NCBI GenBank assembly: GCA_001816655.1
Contig: MHCP01000030.1
Span: 69,623 to 133,622 of the forward strand
DNA: 64,000 bases
Direction: 5' to 3'
DNA from: Candidatus Woykebacteria bacterium RBG_13_40_15
Lineage (GTDB): Bacteria; Patescibacteriota; Microgenomatia; Woykebacterales; RBG-16-39-9b
Part shown: piece after piece, positions 19,417 through 28,868 of the stretch
How the letters are laid out: every line of letters begins with the position of its first letter
Numbering within the stretch: position 1 is the stretch's first letter
Program-made: the position numbers and the translations under genes
The notes under the pieces: model-generated
What the model was told of the DNA's origin: nothing
What the model saw: the letters and a program-made list of their open reading frames with translations, nothing else
The model's database searches: none

Positions 19417-19568
19417 AATTAAACCAGATTTTTCAAGATTCTACCAGATCCTCTGAAGAAAGGTCAAAGAAGGAAAGGAGTGGGCGCATGAAGAGCACGC
19501 AAGCTAGCCCGACTCAACGGTTTCTGCCCGCTGAAGCCCTCAAAGCTTCGGGTAGCAATTATTTATAG

Positions 19569-20867
19569 CTAAAGATTGGTTGATGAGTTACTTTTTTTGT
19601 TTCTAAGCTTTACAAGCCAGTAAACTAGTGAAGCTATAGCCACAATTGCAAGAATAGCTAGCAATGTATACAGCAGAAGATTTGATTTAGCTGCTGCAGC
19701 GATCAATCTTCCACTAACCGTTGCTGAAGCAGTAGCCCCATTTGCCGAAACGACGTTCAACAGAATTTTGTTCACGCCTTCTACCAAATTAATATTTGAA
19801 GAAATCTCCCCGGATTTTGTCGCGACTTTTAATTTTCCAAGGTTCCTACCGTTCAAATATGCAGACACCGTGGCGATTGGGTCGGAAACCAGTGCCTTCA
19901 GAGTAATTTTTTTCTCCTTTGTTTCAAACCCATCCTTGGGCTCTGATATTGTAATTGTAGGCGCTGCCGTAAAAGTAGAAAAGTGAGTGACATCAAATGT
20001 AAGAACTCCACTAGAATAGCTTATATTAGAGACAACTCCCCTGTCTTCTTTGCCATTGACTAGAACCCTAGGAGTTTTAACGAAAGGGAGGCTTTTCATC
20101 TTAATAGTGGCTTTTTTGTTAAGTGCCGGTAGTTTCCCAGAATCAATCGAAACGACTCCTGACTTATCAGCCTTAACATACTGATCAAGGCTTCTAAATT
20201 TATTCACTACCTCTGAAGAAGAAAGATCGACAGCTTCATTAAATTTTATAGTGTTTTTACCTGTATCTAGAGTTAGATTTTCAACTTTATTTGGGCTCGT
20301 TATTTTTTTCAGGTCAGTAGTTTCTCCGATTCTAAAAACAGCCGGTAGAGTAACATTTTGGATTTTCACCATTTGAACAATTGTTATACCACTGCTAGTA
20401 TTATTCGTAGATGGTTGCGAAGGCACCCGGTCCAAGTAGACTGTATCCGGAGGCGAGATGCTTGTTGTTATACTTGTCGTTTTAGTGATGTAACTTGATT
20501 TGGAAATTTGAACTTCGACGGTAGGTGGTAAGGTATATCCCTCTTTTAATGATCCATCAGTTACAGTTGTGTAGATTACAACACCTGATTTGACATATTG
20601 TGTAAAGCCGAAACTCGAAAAGTTAAAAGGCTCTTGGGTTAAAAGAGCTGCCGTTGCTCCCTGTAGGTAACTACCATCACTTGAATCTTTCAAATAAAAT
20701 TCAAAACAAGGGTTACATCCGGCCAAAACAGCGCCAGAGCTGTTACTAGCGATCTCTTTGGCTGCTTTTTCAGAACTAGTTTTGGCCCAAAGAGAAGTAA
20801 GATTAAGAGCAACAATCGAAATGAGTAGAGTGGAAACAAGAAAACCAAGGCGAGCTGTCTTTACCAT
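19569..20867 (-). CDS. Surface protein with Ig-like beta domains and C-terminal TM anchor
   Basis: Signal sequence, THFSTF motif, L.EG.N.I Ig-like segment, C-terminal TM plus basic tail. Confidence 0.7.
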   Translation of the reverse strand: MVKTARLGFLVSTLLISIVALNLTSLWAKTSSEKAAKEIASNSSGAVLAGCNPCFEFYLKDSSDGSYLQGATAALLTQEPFNFSSFGFTQYVKSGVVIYTTVTDGSLKEGYTLPPTVEVQISKSSYITKTTSITTSISPPDTVYLDRVPSQPSTNNTSSGITIVQMVKIQNVTLPAVFRIGETTDLKKITSPNKVENLTLDTGKNTIKFNEAVDLSSSEVVNKFRSLDQYVKADKSGVVSIDSGKLPALNKKATIKMKSLPFVKTPRVLVNGKEDRGVVSNISYSSGVLTFDVTHFSTFTAAPTITISEPKDGFETKEKKITLKALVSDPIATVSAYLNGRNLGKLKVATKSGEISSNINLVEGVNKILLNVVSANGATASATVSGRLIAAAAKSNLLLYTLLAILAIVAIASLVYWLVKLRNKKSNSSTNL

Positions 20868-20957
20868 ACTTTAATTTTATTTTATGGTTTGTTGCCTTGT
20901 CAATTTAAAATTGGCTGAGCACGACGGTCTAGAACCGTTCGATCCCATAGGCTCCAT

Positions 20958-21734
20958 TTATAACAAACGGCTCTCAATATATGCTATCCCAAGAGGAGAT
21001 AGTGTTACGCTTTTGTCCACTTTATCGTACTCCCATAGTCGATTTCTGTGTCCTGGTATTAAGACATCGCGTCTGTAAACACCTGAATTTGTGTGTTCTG
21101 TCCAGGATACTAAAACCTTTTCTGTTACCCGATTATTTTCCGAGTAGAGGAGTAGCAACGTTTTTTCTCTCATGGTCAATTGAGTATTTAATACTCTTTT
21201 TTTATTATTGACTTTCCAAATTGTTGGAGTTTCTCTTTCAGTCAGCACCTCGACAACGGCAGTCGCTTCTTGGGTGTCAACGTTGTGGAAAATTCTGACC
21301 AACTCAGCCATAATCCATTTGGAACAATACAGTACTACAGTAGCATCCATGTGATTTGGATCGACTTCTCCGCCCACGTGCCCTACCCCACGATTATTGC
21401 GGACCTCGTACAACGCTATCAACATTCTTGGAATTTGAATTCGCACCGACCGCGGAAATGCTGCCGGAACTCTGGAAAGAGAGTTGCAAGCGTCAACCAT
21501 GTTAGGGGGTTTGGAAGATTTCTGTGGAAATGAACCAGTTATGTGGCCGTTCAAAATGGAGTATACTACTTCACAAAACTTGCCACCATTAAGCTCGGAT
21601 GGCTCCCATCTACCTTCCCGAAAATTTACCATTATTTTGTTAAGAGCTTGTAAAAGTTCTTTGCGCAGTCTTACTGGTAGTTGGCCAAGGGCATTCTCAG
21701 GATTCATCGAAGTTGTTTTCAAGGAGTCTTTCAC
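20958..21734 (-). CDS. Putative HEPN-like (Abi-type) protein with C-terminal winged helix
   Basis: Helical N-terminal domain with RNNRGVGH (R-x4-6-H); C-terminal ..TLSPLG wing motif. Confidence 0.55.
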   Translation of the reverse strand: MKDSLKTTSMNPENALGQLPVRLRKELLQALNKIMVNFREGRWEPSELNGGKFCEVVYSILNGHITGSFPQKSSKPPNMVDACNSLSRVPAAFPRSVRIQIPRMLIALYEVRNNRGVGHVGGEVDPNHMDATVVLYCSKWIMAELVRIFHNVDTQEATAVVEVLTERETPTIWKVNNKKRVLNTQLTMREKTLLLLYSENNRVTEKVLVSWTEHTNSGVYRRDVLIPGHRNRLWEYDKVDKSVTLSPLGIAYIESRLL

Positions 21735-22110
21735 CCGAATTTGTTATATACCAAGCTTTTTTATTGTCTTTTTTTTCTGAAGCTTCGGCCATATGCCCGT
21801 TTTTGACATTGATATTGACTTTGTCATTTATGTTAAGGGGTTTTTTCTCCTTGGCTTTCTCATACTCACTCCTCAGGTCATCAACGTTAAAAGATATAAA
21901 GCCTTCATTTTTTTCTAAAAAACAGCCGATCGCGAGTGTCTTTTGGACATTGTTAGTGGTTTTTTTTGAAATTAGAAATTCTTTAATACTCAATTTCTTG
22001 CTCTGACGGTGCTCAGGCAGAGTATCAAACCTCGTCTTGCTAATGGCCTGCTCTAGGATTGTTATCCTTCTTTTGAGATCTTCTAATTGCTCTTGGATAT
22101 CTTTACTCAT
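21697..22110 (-). CDS. Hypothetical protein, probable coiled coil plus winged helix
   Basis: N-terminal heptads; C-terminal WYITNSGE wing motif. Confidence 0.55.
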   Translation of the reverse strand: MSKDIQEQLEDLKRRITILEQAISKTRFDTLPEHRQSKKLSIKEFLISKKTTNNVQKTLAIGCFLEKNEGFISFNVDDLRSEYEKAKEKKPLNINDKVNINVKNGHMAEASEKKDNKKAWYITNSGERLLENNFDES

Positions 22111-22534
22111 CTTTTTTCAAACCTCTTTTCAGCTCGTCAGCAATCTTCGATAGCGAGTAACCAGGAATAAAATAACTCCCACCTTTTCCCATATCAACAA
22201 CTCCCTTAGATCTAAGTTGCGACAAATAAGATCTAGTAGAGTTGTAGTTAACTCCTGTTTTCTTGCTAATCTCCTTAGGCTTTTCAGGCTCATTTTCCGA
22301 AGAGATTTTCCCCGTCTCTAAAAGTGCTTTTCTGTAGAGAAGGTAAACCAAGAGCTTCAATCTTGCGTCAAGGTTGGAAAAAGCCTCCTTGAAAACCGGC
22401 CCAAGAGTCTTATTATCAATTCCGATATAATCCTTAAGAAGATTTGCTAACAATTCCCTATTAACCTCTGTGCCGTCTACAAAAAGGTATTCTAAGGGAT
22501 CATTATTAGAATTCTTAATAGTTTTTTCTGACAT
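22103..22534 (-). CDS. Winged-helix DNA-binding protein
   Basis: PKEISKKTGVNYNSTRSYLSQLRSKGVV HTH pattern. Confidence 0.7.
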   Translation of the reverse strand: MSEKTIKNSNNDPLEYLFVDGTEVNRELLANLLKDYIGIDNKTLGPVFKEAFSNLDARLKLLVYLLYRKALLETGKISSENEPEKPKEISKKTGVNYNSTRSYLSQLRSKGVVDMGKGGSYFIPGYSLSKIADELKRGLKKDE

Positions 22535-22634
22535 AGTATCTTTTTCACTATAACTATCTTTTTATTTAAAAATAGCTTCCATTAGGACTGTATCAAAAAA
22601 GATACTACCTGTCAATAGTACATTATGGATACTA
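22534..22634 (-). promoter_or_regulatory. Island promoter TTGACA-17-TACAGT with repeated GATACTA/TAGTATC boxes
   Basis: -35 at 22615-22610; boxes at 22534 (inverted), 22601 and 22628. Confidence 0.5.
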
Positions 22635-22738
22635 TGATAGGCATGAGTTTTCGGTATGAGTGTTTCAAGAAAAAACTAGTGATTTTGGAGGAAAACATGG
22701 TCTATTTAAGGAATGTGGGTCGCTAGAGGTGCGCAATC

Positions 22739-22812
22739 TGGCTGCCGGACTAGGATTCGAACCTAGATATGCAGATCCAGGGTCTGCTGTCCTACCGTTA
22801 GACGATCCGGCA
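22739..22812 (-). tRNA. tRNA-Gln(CTG), CCA encoded
   Basis: Cloverleaf: anticodon arm GCAGA-CCCTGGA-TCTGC, T arm CTAGG-TTCGAAT-CCTAG, 3' GCCA. Confidence 0.92.
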
Positions 22813-22870
22813 ATAATCCCGCCTCTCCGGCGGGTCGCTGTTGAGACGACTACCACTAGACGACCCCGCA

Positions 22871-22892
22871 ATACTTCGACAAGCTCAGTATA
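22871..22892 (-). repeat. REP-like element, family 2 (nnnTGAG-N4/5-TCGAAnnn)
   Basis: ATACTGAGCTTGTCGAAGTAT. Confidence 0.65.
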
Positions 22893-22942
22893 AATGTAGA
22901 AGAATTTTAACAAACGGAAGGCTAAATTACAAACCTTGAGGA

Positions 22943-24208
22943 TTACTCATGAGGAACTATTGGCAAGGTAAAGGTAAATCTACTACCCCTCCCAACCTGA
23001 CTTTCGACAGAAATCTCACCACTCATTTTGTCTACTAGACTTTTTGCTAGGAAAAGTCCTAGCCCTGCTCCCCCGGCTTTTTGGATTTTACTTCCATCTG
23101 AAGAATAAAATCTCTCGAATATATACGATAGCTCTTGCTTAGCAATTCCAACCCCATTATCGGCTACCGAAACATATGCTTTACCTTCTTTTGCCCCAAC
23201 AGCGACCTTCACTTGACCAAACGGAGCTGTAAAATTCAAGGAATTTTCTACTAAAATAAGTACCACTTCTCTAATCCTTTCTTTATCTGTCTCGACAAAG
23301 ATGTTAAGAGGCGAAGGGATGAAGTTAAATGAAATATTTTTTTCTTTGGCTTCGGCTTCAACTTCTTTTAGCACTTCTTTTAGAAAGCCATTTAGCTCAA
23401 ATACCTCATTCGAAAGCCTCAACTTTCCAGTTTCTAAACGCGATACGTCAAGCAGTTCTCCAATTAGGTTGTTTAATTTCGAGCTCTGTCTAAAGGCTGC
23501 ATCGGCAAACTCTTTCGCTTTCGCATTCAGTTCTTTCCCACTTGTAAGGAATAGTTCTATATATCCTCTAATTGCCGTTATTGGGCCCCGTAGTTCGTGG
23601 GCAATTACAAAAAGGAACTCATCCTTCAATTTATTAACTGCCTTTTCTTTTTCGACTGTTGCACTCGTAGCAGCAACCTGTGCTACTTTGATTTCTCTTG
23701 ATAAGAAAAGCCCGTGGGCAAAAACTAAACTCACACCAAAATAGGTAAGTAGTGAAGAAGCAAAATCACTTGTAATGAAAACATTTGTACTGGTCGGCGG
23801 AAAAAGGATCAACTCTCCAAAAATACACATGCAGCACAAAACCCAAATAGCTATAGACTGAAGCCTATTAATAGTTACGGCAGCTGAAAAAGCAGGAAGA
23901 ATGTAAAGAAAACTAAAATAACTAGACACACCCCCACTATTGTGAACAACCAGTGTAATAATTAAAAGGTAAACCAGAAGCTCGGCTGTTTTCTTGCGTT
24001 CATATGGAATAGGAATTTTTAATTTATGCCAGAGAAAAACGAAAGCCAAAACGAAAATTAACGAAGCGATAAAAAGCCCTTTATTCAATTGTAAATCCAG
24101 GGGCGACAATGCAACAGCGATACCGGTTATAAAAAATAGCCCGACAAGAATCTCTTCAAGTCTCTCTAATCTAGAGAAAATTATTCTTCGTTTTTCCATT
24201 ATTACCAA
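22943..24208 (-). CDS. Membrane sensor histidine kinase
   Basis: AHELRGP H-box, DNGVG and GAGLGL; multi-TM N-terminus. Confidence 0.92.
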   Translation of the reverse strand: MVIMEKRRIIFSRLERLEEILVGLFFITGIAVALSPLDLQLNKGLFIASLIFVLAFVFLWHKLKIPIPYERKKTAELLVYLLIITLVVHNSGGVSSYFSFLYILPAFSAAVTINRLQSIAIWVLCCMCIFGELILFPPTSTNVFITSDFASSLLTYFGVSLVFAHGLFLSREIKVAQVAATSATVEKEKAVNKLKDEFLFVIAHELRGPITAIRGYIELFLTSGKELNAKAKEFADAAFRQSSKLNNLIGELLDVSRLETGKLRLSNEVFELNGFLKEVLKEVEAEAKEKNISFNFIPSPLNIFVETDKERIREVVLILVENSLNFTAPFGQVKVAVGAKEGKAYVSVADNGVGIAKQELSYIFERFYSSDGSKIQKAGGAGLGLFLAKSLVDKMSGEISVESQVGRGSRFTFTLPIVPHE

Positions 24209-25497
24209 CGATACCTCGGTAGTGTAAAGAAGAAGGTGCTTCCCTTACCAAATTCACTTCTCACACCAATTTCGCCTCCCATCTTTTCAACTAATTGTTT
24301 CGTAATGAAAAGTCCTAGACCGTTCCCTTTAATTGCTTTTGTTTTTTCATTTTCGGCTCTAAAGAATTTACCAAAAAGATTTTTTTGATCTTCAATGCTA
24401 ATTCCAATACCGGTATCTGAAACAGAGATTTCAGCTTTCCCTTCTCCTTTTCTAACTTCCACCACAACTCTACCCCCTTCGGGCGTATATTTAATCGCAT
24501 TACCAACCAAGTTCATTAAAACTTCTTTAAGACGATTAGCGTCAGCATTAACCGCCGTGTCTAAATCGCCTCTTTCCAGAAGCGAAATTTTTTTCGACTG
24601 TGCATCAAGGAATAAGTTTGAAAGTACTTCACTAATAACAGGGCTTAAAGAAACATCTGAAAGATTTATTTGCATAGTTCCTTTTTCGATTTGTGAAATA
24701 TCTAAAAGATCGTCTAAAAGTTTCTCTAGTCTCTCATTATTTGTCTTGATAAATTCGAGTGTTTCCCTAGCCTCCGAATCTAACTCTTGATAATAATCTT
24801 TACTTATTGTATCGATACAGCCCTTAATTGCAGCGGCGGGCTGTTTTAACTTATGTGAAATAATAAAAACGTATTCGTCTTTTAGTTTACTAAGGGTTCT
24901 CTCCTTCTCTAAGTTTTCCTCCTCTTCTTTTTGTCTTGATAGAGCCGCCTCCCCCGCTAGTGAACGGGTATAAAAAACGACTATTAATAAGCCCAACGAA
25001 TAAAGAATCGTAGAGCTCAAAGCAGCACTGGGTGCTCCACTTGAAACCCATTCAGCTAAAATTAAAATAAGCGCGGCCGAAGCAATCATAAGAGCAGCAA
25101 CAGTAGGCATACTAACAACAGCGCCGACCGTTATAACATAATAAAGTACAACCAAATATCGACTAATCTCACCACTTCCACTTGTATGGATTAAAAGTGC
25201 AACAGAAAAATTAGCCAAAAGACTGAAAATAAAATTCTTGGGTAGCCCGGAAAATCGGCGGGGAAAAAGCCTGAACCAAACGATGCAAAAAACTGCCCCA
25301 CCTACAACAAATGGATAAACAATTTTTTTATCCATTGTTTGGCCAAAAGGAACTTGTACTGAAAAAAGGGCTAGAGCTAAAGCGAGCCACGTAAAGACCT
25401 CGGACACTCGCTCGAACCTTTTATTTTGTTCAGCTGCAACAACTTTTCCAACAGACAGAAAAGAGTTTAGCCAACTCTCAGTCGGATTAGCAATCAT
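24202..25497 (-). CDS. Membrane sensor histidine kinase (atypical H-box)
   Basis: SHKLKQP, NAIKY, DTGIG and GNGLGL. Confidence 0.9.
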   Translation of the reverse strand: MIANPTESWLNSFLSVGKVVAAEQNKRFERVSEVFTWLALALALFSVQVPFGQTMDKKIVYPFVVGGAVFCIVWFRLFPRRFSGLPKNFIFSLLANFSVALLIHTSGSGEISRYLVVLYYVITVGAVVSMPTVAALMIASAALILILAEWVSSGAPSAALSSTILYSLGLLIVVFYTRSLAGEAALSRQKEEEENLEKERTLSKLKDEYVFIISHKLKQPAAAIKGCIDTISKDYYQELDSEARETLEFIKTNNERLEKLLDDLLDISQIEKGTMQINLSDVSLSPVISEVLSNLFLDAQSKKISLLERGDLDTAVNADANRLKEVLMNLVGNAIKYTPEGGRVVVEVRKGEGKAEISVSDTGIGISIEDQKNLFGKFFRAENEKTKAIKGNGLGLFITKQLVEKMGGEIGVRSEFGKGSTFFFTLPRYRW

Positions 25498-25544
25498 TAA
25501 CTTAATTTTAGCACGGGTGAGGGAAGATTGTTAAACAATTTTAA

Positions 25545-26933
25545 TTATTTTGAAAATAAACTCGATATTTTTTTAAGTCTTTTAACCGTTTCTTCTTTTC
25601 CTAAAACAGTTAATGTCTCAAAAAGTGGTGGGCTCACTTTGCTTCCCGTAATGGCTATTCGCAAACACATGAATAAATCCGAGGCAATCCAGCCTAATTT
25701 TTCTGATAATTTCCTTGTTTCCCCTTCCAATCTCGGTGTTCCCCAACCCAAACCTTTATAAAGTTTGGCCGCCTCCCCCAGGGCTTCCTTTGTCTCTTTT
25801 TCATTATGTCCCAAGTCCAATAATAATTTGGTGTCAACGGACGGTTCTTCGAAAAAGAGCTTTGTTTGAGCTTCAAATTCAGAAAGTTTCTTTAATCTTT
25901 CGCGAACGAGCGGCAGAACTATTTCGATTTGCTTTAAATCCCTCTTTGTATAATCTTTCAATCTGTCGGCTAACTCTTTTTCTGGTAACGAACGAATCCA
26001 CTGCCCATTAAGCCAATCCAACTTCTGAAGATCAAAGACTGGACCACTCGGATCTACTCGTGCGAAATCAAAGTTGTCAATAAATTCCTTTAATGTGAAT
26101 TTTTCTCTTTCATCTGGCATAGACCAACCCATCAAAGATAAGTAATTTAGCAAAGCCTGCGGCAAATAACCTTGTTCCTTGTACCAAATCAAAGAAACTG
26201 GGTTTTTTCTTTTTGAGATTTTGCTTTTATCAGGATTCCTTAGCAGTGGTAGATGAGCAAAAATTGGGGGTTTTAATTTGAATGCGTTATAAAGTAAAAT
26301 ATGCTTTGGTGTTGATGAAAGCCACTCTTCTGCTCTGATGACATGGCTAATTTCCATGTCGGAATCGTCAACAACAACTGCCAAGTGGTAAGTGGGCCAG
26401 CCGTCAGATTTTAAAAGTACGCTGTCATCAATATCTTTGTTTTGAAAAGTAATTTCTCCGCGAACCAGGTCTTCAAAAGAAGTTTCTCCGCTTTCTGGGA
26501 CTTTCAATCTTATTACACAATTTCCTTTTTCGATTTCTTCTTTGCTCGGAGGTTTCTGGCGGCATTTTCGATCGTATCTTGGAACTTCTTTTTTTGCCTG
26601 TTGTTCGGCTCTTACTTTTTCCAACCGCTCTGATGAACAACTGCAGTAGTAAGCCAATCCTTTGCCGACCAATTCTTTGGCTTTTTTTTGGTAAAGACTC
26701 AGTCGGTCTGACTGATGAATCGGTCCCTCATCCCAAGCAAGCCCCAGCCACGTAAGGGAATCAAGTATCTTTTCAGTCGCACCCGGAACTAACCGTGCGC
26801 GGTCTGTGTCTTCAATACGAAGAACAAATTTGCCTTTATTTTTCTTGGCAACAGCATAATTAAAAAGGGCAGTATAGGCTGTTCCAATGTGGGGATCTCC
26901 AGTAGGGGAGGGGGCGATTCTAGTTTTAACCAT
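25545..26933 (-). CDS. gltX: Glutamate--tRNA ligase
   Basis: APSPTG, HIGT, RIEDTD and KISKR motifs. Confidence 0.96.
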   Translation of the reverse strand: MVKTRIAPSPTGDPHIGTAYTALFNYAVAKKNKGKFVLRIEDTDRARLVPGATEKILDSLTWLGLAWDEGPIHQSDRLSLYQKKAKELVGKGLAYYCSCSSERLEKVRAEQQAKKEVPRYDRKCRQKPPSKEEIEKGNCVIRLKVPESGETSFEDLVRGEITFQNKDIDDSVLLKSDGWPTYHLAVVVDDSDMEISHVIRAEEWLSSTPKHILLYNAFKLKPPIFAHLPLLRNPDKSKISKRKNPVSLIWYKEQGYLPQALLNYLSLMGWSMPDEREKFTLKEFIDNFDFARVDPSGPVFDLQKLDWLNGQWIRSLPEKELADRLKDYTKRDLKQIEIVLPLVRERLKKLSEFEAQTKLFFEEPSVDTKLLLDLGHNEKETKEALGEAAKLYKGLGWGTPRLEGETRKLSEKLGWIASDLFMCLRIAITGSKVSPPLFETLTVLGKEETVKRLKKISSLFSK

Positions 26934-26935
26934 GG

Positions 26936-28327
26936 TTATTTTTTCTCTTCTTTTTCTATTATTTTTAGGCCAAGGTCTTTTAGTTGTTCTGGGTTGGCTT
27001 CACTTGGCGCATCCATGACAGAAGTTTGCCCACCGGAAGTGACCGGAAAAGCAATTACCTCGCGGATATTTTCTTCTCCAGCTATTACCGAAACTAACCT
27101 ATCAAAACCAACTGCAATACCCCCGTGCACAGGAGCACCATATTTATACGCAGCTAAAAGATGACCAAATTCATCATCGATTCGTTTATCGGAGTAACCC
27201 ATTACCCTCAAGGCCTGACGCTGGACTTCTGGTTCATGAATACGGATACTTCCACCGGCAACTTCGGCTCCGTTGCAAACAAGATCGTACTGCAAAGATT
27301 GCAAGTTAGCTAACTCTTTTTCTTTCATGAGGGAGTCGACAAATTCTGGTTTTGGTGCAGCAAATGGGTTATGAGCAAATGTATAACCTCCCTCATCGGT
27401 TTTTTCCAACAGCGGAAAGTCTACAACCCAAGCAAACGAAAGATCAGCCTTATTTTTATTCAAATTTGGCCTGTCTGTTTTGTATTTTTCCATTACCTCT
27501 TTATAAGTAAGAACTGGGAAAGGTTTTTTCTCAATTTTTTTCCCTATTTTTCCGACAACAAAAGTAATTAGTCTTTCAACTGCACTCATTACGTCTTCGC
27601 GTTTAACAAAAGCCATTTCAATATCTATTTGCGTGTGCTCAAATTGACGATCGGCTCGCAAATCTTCATCTCTAAAACAGCGAGCAAATTGATAATATTT
27701 TTCAATGCCGGCAATCATTAAAAGTTGTTTATATTGTTGGGGGGATTGGGCAAGAGCGTAAAATTTTCCCTTTTGCAATCTGGAGGGGACTAAAAAGTCT
27801 CGTGCTCCTTCTGGTGTTGTTTTTGACAAATAGGGGGTTTCAATTTCTGTGAAACCCTCACTGTCTAAAAATGCCCTTGCCACTTTTACAATTTGATGCC
27901 GAAGCTTCAAATTTTTTTGCAGACGAGGTCGTCTTAAATCAATATAGCGGTATTTAAATCGAATGCTTTCTTCAACGTCGTAGCCGTCTCCCTCGATAGG
28001 AATTGGTAACGCGACAGCTTTCCCAATGAGATTAATTTCTTCTGCAACTATTTCAATTTCACCAGTCTCAATTTCTTTATTAATATTTTCTGCCGGTCTC
28101 TTGTTTACAGTTCCGACAACAGAAATCACATCTTCACTTCCAAGTTTTTCCGCTACCTTGTAGGATTCTTCCTCTTTTGGAGTAACGACAACTTGAACCA
28201 AACCGGATGCGTCCCGAACATCAAAAAAGATAATTTTTCCATGATTTCTTCGTGTATTGATCCAACCAGCAATCTCAACTTTTTCACCTTGCTTTTTGCT
28301 TGCTTCGCTGATAGAGAGTCTTGCCAT
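26936..28327 (-). CDS. aspS: Aspartate--tRNA ligase (compact, without GAD insert)
   Basis: OB fold, TPEGARDF, QSPQ, FRDED and HGGIA.G.DR motifs. Confidence 0.95.
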   Translation of the reverse strand: MARLSISEASKKQGEKVEIAGWINTRRNHGKIIFFDVRDASGLVQVVVTPKEEESYKVAEKLGSEDVISVVGTVNKRPAENINKEIETGEIEIVAEEINLIGKAVALPIPIEGDGYDVEESIRFKYRYIDLRRPRLQKNLKLRHQIVKVARAFLDSEGFTEIETPYLSKTTPEGARDFLVPSRLQKGKFYALAQSPQQYKQLLMIAGIEKYYQFARCFRDEDLRADRQFEHTQIDIEMAFVKREDVMSAVERLITFVVGKIGKKIEKKPFPVLTYKEVMEKYKTDRPNLNKNKADLSFAWVVDFPLLEKTDEGGYTFAHNPFAAPKPEFVDSLMKEKELANLQSLQYDLVCNGAEVAGGSIRIHEPEVQRQALRVMGYSDKRIDDEFGHLLAAYKYGAPVHGGIAVGFDRLVSVIAGEENIREVIAFPVTSGGQTSVMDAPSEANPEQLKDLGLKIIEKEEKK

Positions 28328-28394
28328 TTGGCTTTATTTTACGCGAAGTTTATAGGTTTGTCCAGCCTTAAGGGATTGCTTTTTTACTTTAAAT

Positions 28395-28820
28395 ATGTTA
28401 TACTATAGGTTTGTGGCGTGGGTAGAAAGGAGTCTCATGCGGAAGTTGAAGGGGGCAGCAGTCTGGGTTTCGTGCACGCTAGTGGTAGTTGTCGTGGTCC
28501 TGGTATTCGTCGAGCAACGGCGGTCGGACCAAGAGAACTCCATTTGGGGGTCGCTAGAAGATCTCCAAATAGCGTCGCTAACAATCCCAACACCGGCACC
28601 AAACTCGATAGTGGGGTGCTATATGGTAGAGCCCGGGGATACAATCGCTGACATCTCAGCAGAGTTCCTCGGAGACGACGACTACTACGGATGGGTTATG
28701 TTCACGAATGACCGCGATCCAATGACCGGCAGTAGTCTCATTCGACCAGGCGATCAACTCCTCATAAAGGGGGCGATTCTGAATACCGAGCGCCTAACGC
28801 CACCACCGTGCCGGCAGTAA
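28395..28820 (+). CDS. Membrane-anchored LysM-domain protein (likely start 28437)
   Basis: Y.V.PGDT...I...N......LIRPGDQL LysM pattern; SD AAAGGAG. Confidence 0.75.
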   Translation: MLYYRFVAWVERSLMRKLKGAAVWVSCTLVVVVVVLVFVEQRRSDQENSIWGSLEDLQIASLTIPTPAPNSIVGCYMVEPGDTIADISAEFLGDDDYYGWVMFTNDRDPMTGSSLIRPGDQLLIKGAILNTERLTPPPCRQ

Positions 28821-28827
28821 CTTCAAA

Positions 28828-28868
28828 GAGCGGGGAACCAGTTGCACCGATGTAACCAGGCCCCGCTC
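28828..28868. terminator. Hairpin between convergent genes
   Basis: GAGCGGGG...CCCCGCTC. Confidence 0.55.

Noticed and set aside
20958-22738. Prophage at tRNA-Gln
   Set aside because: Only 1.8 kb, with no integrase, replication or structural genes.
22660-22913. ORFs 22660-22893 (+) and 22665-22913 (-)
   Set aside because: They overlap the tRNA-Gln gene and a repeat, so are spurious.
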